Of a stretch of DNA of 64,000 nt, positions 54,401-64,000 are shown piece by piece. The position numbers and the translations under genes were made by a program. The stretch comes from Ptychomitrium polyphyllum (taxonomy: Eukaryota): assembly GCA_973851085.1 (NCBI GenBank), contig OZ316775.1, forward strand, positions 20,150,001-20,214,000, given 5' to 3'. The first letter of the stretch is position 1; every line of letters begins with the position of its first letter. Under the pieces are notes generated by a model, which worked only from the letters and a program-made list of their open reading frames with translations, was not told where the DNA came from and searched no databases.

Positions 54401-57400
54401 AGCTGCTGGATTGATTTCCAATTATATTTTGTATTTGGCTATGCAACTCGTGTGTATTTAGAATACTAGCCTGTTAATACTCTTGGCTTTTAAAGATATG
54501 TCTGTTATTATATTCTCGTTTGTCTGCAAGCAAACGCGAAGTATGTGATGACTTTGATTTGTAATCAACTACAGAGATATCTCCTTACATAGACAACTTG
54601 GAGCTGCCCAGCTTACAATTTTATGTGTTAAATGGCAGATACGCTGTATGACTATGTGCTGACTCTGACATCAGATACTGTAGTGGACGATGATCTTGTT
54701 CTTGTGAGGTAATTTGTTCTTTGTAATGCGTTTTGATACTGTTGGAGTTTCTATGCGCTAGTCAAGTAGCTAAAAGAAACTTTCTATCCCGGCAGTTAAT
54801 GACTGTGAATGTCTTCCATTTCTCAATTATATCTCATTTAATATGGCTTCTTTGATGTGTCAATGCAGTGATTTTGCGGAGGCTCTTCATCATCGGATTT
54901 GTCCTTCTCCTAGTAGTGTTGCGGTATGTCCTCCTATTGAAATATAGGTTTCTCTCCTTTAAAATGAGACTAGGCTTAACATATTATTGATAATTCAAAA
55001 TCAATCGTCAATACTATTTTAGTGCATATGATCACGGGTTTAAAGAGTTATTTGAAAATTCGTTCACTTAACAGGATCTCTCTACTCCACTAGCCCTCTT
55101 TTGATAACTCATAAAACACACCGAATACTTGCTGAGTATGGTTCTTGAAGTTGATTACTTCGGGTAGCTATGTGCTGAGTAAATTGTAGGGCTGTGGATC
55201 TGCATCAGAAGACGCAGTCAGATGAATATCTACAGTGTTCCACGTTCGTCAGCAACGCAGAAGTTTATATTGATACATGTAAGGAGGCTAGAACCAAGAC
55301 AAATTTCACTAAGAAGCATATAATTCTTAATACGTCATTTCCCCAACCGAAGCCTGCAATGTTCGATTAAGAAACTGAAAAATAATAAAATTTCTTTGTT
55401 TTTTCTGAGATGGATTCTTACATTGAAGTCTTGGCGTGAGAAAGCAGGATGCTCCACTGTTGAGCTTTATACGTGACGGACATGAACAAAAGCTTTCACA
55501 ATGGAAGAATGAGCGAGAGCAGTTAGAGCGTTGGCAGCGGTTGGAACAGTCACGACAATCTGGTAATGACGAGATGGCAGCAATCGAAGTTGCTATGGAG
55601 GTATCAAATGAATCTGACAAGACCGAGTTGGATCACCAACCCAAGGTAAATTTTGAATGTCACGTTATTCTTATATTCTGACTTAAAACTGTACCAATAT
55701 CTCAATGTTATTTGTTATGATATAGCAACTTAACGCCCACAACAAACAAGCAACGCCCACTTGTTCTAGTATTATGAATAGGTACTTTCGAAATTTAAGC
55801 GTATTACAGGCAATGATGTGGGTGAATAAGTCTTCAACAGTGGTTTGGAACACAGTTCGTTACACCATCACTGCTCTTAGAATCCCTGAAAGTTTTACTG
55901 GTCCTTGAAAGTTGCTTGCTAAAGTAAACGAAATCTGTCATATTATGTTAGAATCAACATAATGCTGAGTGCGCCTACTGAAGTTCGACCTTGTGGGTCA
56001 TTCGGTAGGTGGAGGACGTTCCACGCACTTCAGGAGAAGGTACTGGGCATACTGTAGAATCCGCTCCAAGTGCAACAATTGTGGCGACGATGATGGATGT
56101 AGAAGAGCAATCTATTCAGAATGATGGAACTACTCTCCAGTACGTTGCAACAAAGTTAGAGAACCAGGGAGATGGGGCTGAAACTATACCTCTGGTTGTA
56201 AAAGAAGAGGTAGCATCTGGCAGTGCTAATGTCACAGAACGTGAGGAACAAGAGAGTGGAGGGGTAAATTTTAGTGGAATGGTGACCCCAACAACGAGAA
56301 GGACCAGTCGTGATCGGGAGCCTTACAACAGCGAGCATGGGGATGAATCTCATCCTAAGAAACGGAAGAGGAATATTATGAATGACAAACAAGTGACTGT
56401 GATGGAAGCGGCTCTTCAGTCGATGCCAGAAATGCAACGTTCTCCACTCGCCATACAACAATGGACAAATCATCTTAATAAAATTGTAAGTCCTTTACGT
56501 CAAAGGTATTTTAAGGTTTCCTGGTATTTGCGCGGCTATGACACTTCCGACATCTTTAGGCTATTAATTTAGAATGCTAGTATAGAAAACCTGTGATTTA
56601 GTGCTGATGATCGTGTAATTTATTTCAGGGTCCGGAGGTAGCATATCATCAGCTAAAGAACTGGTATGTCGTCTAATAACACATTTGTTCCAGCTTGAGT
56701 CTCAAGTTAATCTCCTAAATGCTATTTTAGAATGGAATATCGGTTTGTATGGGGTTCTTATTGTCTGAATCTACGTTGCTCTAATATCGATTTGAACTCT
56801 GAAAGTGTATTTGTATTGATGGAAGTTAGTGAGCTTTGGTGTGCGGCAGGCTTAACAACCGAAAAGCCCGTATTGCTAGACAAGAGCGTGACAAGCAGCG
56901 TCAAACAGACGGGGATGTTCTGACAACTCGATCTGAGAAGTCCCGCCGATCCGTCGCCTCAGATGATATGGATAGTCCTGCGGAGGCCTCTCCTCGGCTG
57001 AACGAGGATGATATGGATCTTGGGGAGGTAGGTCCCTTAAAATTATCACTTCGAACTCCCGGGACACCCTCAAATGCTGGTAGTGAAGGTGACCAAGACA
57101 AATCTGATAGTAGTTTGGTAAAAAAGTGGAAGATAGGCGATGTTGTGAGCTTACGTGGTGAGGATGATGATGAAATGGCTGTAGGAAAAATTATACAAGT
57201 AGAAGGTTCCTGGCAGAAATATTCTCTAGAGAAGTTGTGCGTAGTGGAGGTGTCAGACCTTAACGTAGAGAAGTCCACGAAACTCCCATTTCCTTCTTCA
57301 ATGGCAGGTACTTCATTTGAGGAAGCTGAAACCTTAGATGGTAAATCTTGTGTTACCTGGGATATCGACCACATGTACAGGGTGACAACGGCATCCACAA

Positions 57401-57444
57401 GATCGCTACCGCTATTGAAAGAAGCAGTAAATTCTTTATCATGA
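48476..57444 (+). CDS. NDX: Nodulin homeobox protein (atypical homeodomain, NDX-A/B regions), multi-exon
   Basis: Exons 48476-48640, 49600-49641 and 49817-49942 splice in frame (start exon less certain). Then VDVEKLAGCLPLHLMAY, VLLAHPKVDVFMDAAF, LRLADIFSDDSNFR and homeodomain KKRKRNIMNDKQVTVMEAAL..PEMQR..QQWTNHLNKIGPEVAYHQLKNWLNNRKARIAR. TGA at 57442-57444. Confidence 0.92.
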
Positions 57445-58053
57445 ACACCCGAGCTTTACCTTCTGTATACATGGCTTTGTGTACATGACATGTGCATATT
57501 TTATAGGACACAGCTATGCAATGAACTTAGCTTTAAAGTTTTTTGAGCATCTCAATGTTCATAACCTTCTGATACAGAGGCCAAATTTGAATTGGCACAT
57601 TTTGTCTAATTGGAGGCCCTTCTTTGATTCGTATGGTCTTGTTATAATTCAATTTATGTGGTTGTGAGTTCAAACTTCCATTTCGTTGCATGCCTTGTTG
57701 AACTTCACAATGCTTCAGTGAAGCTGAGTTTCTGATTCTGCATGTCCTGTCATGACATTCATGAGAAATCATCAAGTCATGGTGGCCATAACACAGCAAG
57801 ACGAGTGGTGTCTATGTAGATTCGTAGAAGTATATTTAGATCTGCTTTTAAACCGGAATGGCTTCTCAACTGTTATGTGGTACTCCTCCTTCAACTGAGT
57901 AGTGACGAGCCTATTCTGAAGATATTGTCGTCGACGTTGGAAAATGAAGGAGATTCAAGGTACTGTACTAGTACCTCATCCACGCCATTCGTGTCACCTG
58001 GAAAAATGAAAATCGAGAGGAGGTCTCAAGATTCACCTGTTGCTTTACAAACG

Positions 58054-58125
58054 TACACATCATACTCTGGTGGAAATAGAGACGAATATTTCTTGAAGTT
58101 CAAATAGCCAAGGCCTTACGTACTG
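58054..58125 (-). pseudogene. Relic fragment of a lipase last exon
   Basis: TCATACTCTGGTGGAAATAGAGACGAATATTTCTTGA is nearly identical to ~61057-61093 of the lipase gene (KKYSSLFPPEYDV). Similarity decays on both sides. Confidence 0.75.
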
Positions 58126-59018
58126 CTGGACTTAGCGGTCTGGGAGATGCAGTAATCAATGTCTAAGATTCCGGATATTTAAAATCTTTCCTTTTATAGA
58201 TTTCCGACTCAGAAACGGACGTTCTTGAACTTGTCTGCTATGTTCTTACATCGGTGACTTCTGGGATGCATGGAGAGATTCATCGAACAAACTGCTACTG
58301 AAATGGAAGCTGCACCCTTCTTCTTCCCATACCCACCTCCGTTCGTGCATCTGCTAACTTGTATTCTTTTGGGCTGTCATATCTCGATCTTCTGTACGGC
58401 AATCATTTCTTGCTCTCTGTGGCGGTAATTTCTCCGGTGTTACCATTCTTCATGCAATACCGATATATGAAGGAGTTTCGTTGGTATTTGGGGCCGTTTT
58501 TTTGTCAGTGTGTGGATCTGAGCTCTTGGATATAAGTTTTCGTCACTAGTCTCTGTTTCGGTTCAACCCTACGTTCTGTGTGCATCTTTATCCACCTACA
58601 CCCTAAGTTTGACGATTTGAAGAACTGTGACAATTTGGAGATCACTATGTTCACAGGAGAGCACACATCTTTGGTCGTCATCTGACGGTCAATTTTGCTA
58701 CGACATACCTCCCTGACGTTCATATGCTTGACAGGTATGTGGCTCTTGGTTCCGAAAGAAGTCAGTATTCACTCTTTTAACTACGGAGCTTTCACCATCG
58801 GTGGAAGTAGTGGTGAATTGATCCTTTGCAGTTCGTCCTCTTAGTGAGCTATTCTCACCAGTTGTGGGCATGCTTGAGTTTGGCCTGATGTTATTCTCCC
58901 CATGTTATGAGAGTCGTACGTGTTGTAGTGCAAGATTGTCTGAACAAATATTGGTGGTTACAGGTTTTTGAGACAAGGAGTTTGATGAGTTTCTAACCTC
59001 AGAATATACGTACTTGAG

Positions 59019-60269
59019 ATGGAGATAGAGATGGAGGACGGTTTTAAATCTGTAGATGCACTAACTCATGACGGCAAACTCTGTGTGTCGATGCCAACTT
59101 CCGCTGTAGGGGTTCCCAATGATGCATCAGCAAATGACTCCATGCCTTCTTTTGAAAGGACTGAGGTTGAATTTCCATTCACCTCCGGCCTTCAGTCCCC
59201 CGTTTCAGATATTATGTCTTTGAGAATTGAGAGACTGATGCAATGCAGGAGCCAGTATGACATGAGTGCGGTGGAGTTTGAGATCGAAGCTTCCAAAGTC
59301 CACTGGAGTGAGGTAAACAATCCCATGAGTGACGAGGAAGAAGAGAGCCTTGAACCAGATATAGAATGTTTTCTCAATCTGAAGAAAAAATGGCTGGGAA
59401 ATTTTTTTTGGGAAAATGTGGGTGATCATTGGGTGTTGGGGGAGAAAATCGCAGAGGGTGGACAGGCTGAAATCTTTATCGTAGAAGAGAATTCATGCGC
59501 TGGCAAGAAATGGGAGACTGTCATGAAGGTGTTTAAAGAAGGATTTTTGCTGCGATATCTGGAGGAGCAATGGCCTCTTGGCATGCTCCAGAACCCTTGT
59601 CCCTTCCTTGGAAATTACAATGCCAATTTTTGTACGATATATGGTGCAGTATTGTTAAATAATGGAAGGTTTGGATTTGTGATGCCCAAATGCTGGGGTG
59701 ATTTACGGAAGCTCATAGATTTCAGAATGCAACACAATCACAATAAAATCCCACCTTTCACCAAATTTGAGGAAGGACGCATTCTGGAAGCAGTTGCCTT
59801 TGGGATGCAGGAATTGCACGATAACGACATTATCCATAGAGATCTCAAGGCCTCCAATGTCCTCGTCCGGGGAGATGGAACATTTGATCCAGTGGAAGGC
59901 AAGATATGGTGCAATGTGGCCGATTTTGAGTGTTCCGTAGGAGTTGTGGGCACAGGGTATTGGAGAGCTCCAGAGATATTACAAGCAATACAAAATCATA
60001 ATATCACAATTCAATTATTCACTAAAGAATCAGATGTGTACAGCTTTGCAATGACATGTTACGAAGTTTTAACAGGATGCATCCCTTTTGAAGACCTTGG
60101 AAGTAATTGTTACAACATTGTTATTGAAGGCAGAAGACCAAAGCTTCCACAACATACGGACCCTTTGTTGAAGACGTTGTTGAGTAAATGTTGGCACAAT
60201 ATTCCATTAAAAAGACCCTCTTTTCAAAGTGTAATAAAATGTTTATTGAGAATATTTCCAGATTCTTAA
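59019..60269 (+). CDS. Single-ORF TKL-like protein kinase with DFE instead of DFG, 416 aa
   Basis: IAEGGQAEIF (G-loop), VMKVF (catalytic Lys), IIHRDLKASNVLV, VADFECSVGVVGTGYWRAPE, SDVYSFAMTCYEVLTG.IPF, CW...P.KRPSF. Confidence 0.9.
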   Translation: MEIEMEDGFKSVDALTHDGKLCVSMPTSAVGVPNDASANDSMPSFERTEVEFPFTSGLQSPVSDIMSLRIERLMQCRSQYDMSAVEFEIEASKVHWSEVNNPMSDEEEESLEPDIECFLNLKKKWLGNFFWENVGDHWVLGEKIAEGGQAEIFIVEENSCAGKKWETVMKVFKEGFLLRYLEEQWPLGMLQNPCPFLGNYNANFCTIYGAVLLNNGRFGFVMPKCWGDLRKLIDFRMQHNHNKIPPFTKFEEGRILEAVAFGMQELHDNDIIHRDLKASNVLVRGDGTFDPVEGKIWCNVADFECSVGVVGTGYWRAPEILQAIQNHNITIQLFTKESDVYSFAMTCYEVLTGCIPFEDLGSNCYNIVIEGRRPKLPQHTDPLLKTLLSKCWHNIPLKRPSFQSVIKCLLRIFPDS

Positions 60270-60842
60270 TGAGAGGATTATGACCTATAATCTTCTTTAC
60301 AATCACTAAATAATATGGATTATATCCTCTGTAATGTAATGTTTTATATGAACTCCATTGCCTTTCTTTTACTTACTCATTATTCTAACCTCTTTTCGCA
60401 AATCACGGGATACATGATACTCTTCAATGCTTCCTTCATAATATTCCTAAAGAACAATTTCATCTTTCAAATGAATGATTTAATTGGCAAAACCTTGCTC
60501 AACTAAAGATTGAAGGATTTTGTGAGACAAGAAACCAAACTAGATCATGTCCACATACAAAAAATGTTAATGGTACATATGGTTTTGTAAGGACATTTAT
60601 CAAAGTAAGAAATGCTGCCGTACAACCTACTTTCTCTGCACAGAGAAATTTATTCTAACATTTGAATACAACATTCATTTTCAGTCTGTTGATGGTAATC
60701 TGGTTACAACACACATGTAAGGATTATAAAGTACGGAAAACTTACTGTCTCAATACAAGCCTGTCTAGTTTTCTCCAGCAAAATTTCTTCTTTAAATACC
60801 TTCAAAACATATACCAACCTATTCATGCCTTGCCATTCTTTT

Positions 60843-63322
60843 TTATGCTTGGAAGAAAGCAATTATTGGAGTGTAGACATCTGTGCTCGCATTCATCCCC
60901 ATCACAAAATCCGCATGTGCATACTGTGGGAGGTAAATAACTTGAGGCGTTCCTTGCAATTTATTAATCAAATCTGCAACGTCGTTAGGATCTGCAAGTG
61001 CATCGTTCCCACCGTGTGCTAGGAAAATGGGCAGTGTCACAGGAATAGCAGATACGTCATACTCCGGTGGAAATAGAGACGAATATTTTTTGATGTTGTT
61101 CCAAAAACCATGGTCATACATACTGAATCTTCCTGAGCGTACCACTGCACAAGCCATCTCCACACTCATATGTGTCACAACTACAATTTTCTACTACATA
61201 GGCTATCTTTCGACTTTGACTCTTTTCGTTCTGATTAGACATTTCAAACATGATAATTATCAAGAGTTTTTCGTAATACAACACGATTCAGTTTATTTTG
61301 CAGTTCATGAGTTGATACAGCAAAGATGAAAGATATGTTGTACCCACTTTGAGCCATTTGTGCCAAATTCCGCATTGAAGTTGACTGAGTTGAATATCTA
61401 TCGAAGAAAGATATTCGCGACGAGTTGAAGCAACAGTTTGTACCTGTATACAAACACCAACTTATCTCAAAGATTATTATTTGCAGCTCGATTTTTTCAG
61501 GGACAGAGTATATTTATCCTTTCCCCCCCCCTCCGTAACTTCCATATCTGATAGTTGGCATGAGTTAAATTCACGTTATAAAGTACCGTAATACCTGTAA
61601 TTTGACTCATGAACTCATGTCTGCAATCAACTTGTGAGGATGTACATGTGATATCCATAAATCTCTTTCCTGCATCGCTGTTCAGTTCAACGAACAAAGT
61701 AGAATTCTATGTATTAGTATGTAGTGACTAAAAATGTTCACTGCCTGCTAACTGTTGGAAGTTCGTTTAGTCGAAATGTTGATTAGAATGCCAAACAAAT
61801 AGTTTGTAACCAAAGTTACAGTCAAAATCTCACCTGTATACATTAAATTCCGCCACACCCGAAAGCAAAAGAATCTGCACACAGATGTAGTATCAATGTA
61901 GTATGAAACAACGCATTGAATTTTGGACAGTATCTAGAGACTTCAACAGTTATGATGCTATTAACAATGATTCTGGAATAGAAAATAAATTACCTCATCA
62001 ACAAATAAGTAAGAAGCAGCAGACGCTATAGGAGAGGTAATGTGGCCTAAAGAGGCAATCGGACTCAACAAAGCTGCTTTAGACACAAGATTTACTGTGG
62101 GTCCTTCGGAGAAAGTTGCTAGTGCCGTCATAGTTCCCTGAAAATCACACAAATGTTTATCATTGTAACTACCATAAAATTCCACCATTACTTGGAATAG
62201 AAATCACTCCCATTCAAACTTGGTAAAATCAACAGCACTTCGTTTGTTCTACAGTATAAGCAAATTTCCCAAAACGCGGTCAACATGAGACGAACATATC
62301 ATTTTAACATCATATTCTAGGCACTGAAAACATGCCTGAGAATAACCAACGTAAAAGATTTTTTGTTTGGAGCTGTCATAAACATGCTGTAGCATTGTAG
62401 GCAAGTCTGTTTTCACAAGATCGTCCCACGTCCAATCCCAAAATTTCTGTAGAACCAAGGTCAACAATAATTCAATCAGTAACAGTTCTTCGAAATGCTA
62501 CAAAAATTATTGAACTTTAAATTAAACTGGAGCATTGATACCCACCTTGTCCTTTCTGGTGTATTCGAGGTGGCCATGAGTATAATTGGAGGATCGAGTG
62601 TTTCCAATCCATACTTCATACCCAGAGTTTGCCATCATGAGCGGCAAAGACCCATCACTTGGATTTAGCAACCATGTTTCTCCTCCCTTTAACCGTGTCC
62701 ACATTCATAAACTCAGTGCATAATCAATATTCATACAATTCAATATGTACAACTCTGGTGGTCATATCATGAAAATACTTTAAACTACAATCTTGAATAT
62801 CTCTTAATGCTTACTATAGTTTATGTACTGCTTAGTGTATGTAAACCATAGTATATTAATAACAAATTAGTAAACGCCCTTGGTATCTTTCTCCTGAGTA
62901 CCTCCATTATGCCGTGATAGAGGAAAGCAGGACCCTTGGCTACAGTAAGAGGATTACTGGTTGAAATTCTTTGGATAGCAAGTAAGAACCCATCTTGAGT
63001 TTGGACCTGAAAAATTGACCAAAATCAATTCTTAAAAACATCCGACATATGAAAAAGCTTGTGAAGAACAGGAAACAACCAACTTTGAATAAGGAAACCA
63101 TAGTTCAATAGATATTAAATTGCAAAGGCATATTCATTTTACCACTTCTTCAGTGCACTTGTAATTAGTCGAGCTAACAAAAGTCTGACAAAACCCTGTG
63201 CTTTGTAACGGCGAAGGCAATTGAGCCCGTACTCCTGCATCTTGCAACATGAAGAGCAAGAAACAAGATACCACTCCCAGAACTTCCATTGTTACAACCT
63301 GCTTCAGCTTTCTGTTCTTCAT
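60843..63322 (-). CDS. Secreted acid/triacylglycerol lipase (LIP1/MPL1-like, alpha/beta hydrolase), 9 exons
   Basis: Signal-peptide-like N-terminus, VQTQDGFLLAIQRI, LYHGI, GYEVWIGNTR, FWDWTWDDL..DLP. Nucleophile VGYSQ|GT, Asp in GGNDALAD, His in YAHADF. Confidence 0.93.
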
Positions 63323-64000
63323 GGCATGTCAGAAGACCAGAGAGAACAGTAAAGTACATCAGACTGAGAATTGTCAAGACTTAATTAATCTTTAGGTCTC
63401 CTTTTCTGAGACAGCCTTGACTTCATGACTATTACGTATCATAACTTCGAACTACTATCTGGTGTACGACGTTGTCAATTGAATGTCTAGATTTTGCAAA
63501 TTAGAGCTGATCAGTAATGTGCAAGATATTTATTCAACTTAGCTGGTTACAGTTTTTGAAACGGAGTGTTCAAGAAAAAGTGCTTACGTTAAGGTTAAGC
63601 ATACAAGTAAGCGGGAGAGACTAATTGAGTAATAGTTATATACCAACTTAATGTCATTCAGGACATGCGCAATAATTTCAATGAGGTCCCTTACGCTGGG
63701 TCCGTGCTCATATCCGTGGTTTCAGAAGAAGCAACACCTCGCAGCTCACTTCAACGTCCCTGCGCACAAATATTTGCCACAAGTATTGAGAGAACTACCA
63801 ACGACTTGCATCAAAATTGTAATGGAGAGGAAGGAGAACGCTGCCACTTTAGAGAAATATCGTAAACCGTTCTAACTCCTGAGTCTCTCACAACTAGAGG
63901 AGAAATGTAATTTAGGGTAATTAAGGATCAAAGAGCGACTGCCCTTGAATATCATATATGCCAGCCACACCTGTTGGTGCAGTTGTCTTGTTCTAGACAG

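Noticed and set aside
56901..57398. 165-aa minus-strand Ser-rich ORF
   Set aside because: Antisense to the last NDX exon.
63651..63875. Short ORFs upstream of the lipase as another gene
   Set aside because: No recognisable motif or consistent splice structure, and the window ends nearby.

Overview
Eukaryotic, intron-rich land-plant DNA, most likely a moss (inferred from the CESA, kinase and NDX sequences and the intron style). No rRNA, tRNA or CRISPR was found. Genes in order: POD1/TAPT1-like ER membrane protein (+, 3486-8951) with a U12-type AT-AC intron; mitochondrial ribosomal protein bL35m (+, 11401-12803), fragmented across small exons with a GC-AG intron; an intronless, GC-rich TetX-family flavin monooxygenase (+, 15267-16460) that looks horizontally acquired and is the most striking feature; TPLATE-complex subunit TASH3 (-, 20308-30521); cellulose synthase CESA (-, 32748-40278); nodulin homeobox NDX (+, 48476-57444); a single-ORF atypical kinase with DFE in place of DFG (+, 59019-60269); and a secreted acid/triacylglycerol lipase (-, 60843-63322) with a GC-AG intron inside its GxSxG motif, plus a lipase relic at about 58.1 kb. 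The AT-rich intergenic regions hold decayed transposon-like DNA, short tandem repeats and related MITE-like inverted repeats between CESA and NDX. All family assignments come from recalled motifs and manual reading; no database search was run.
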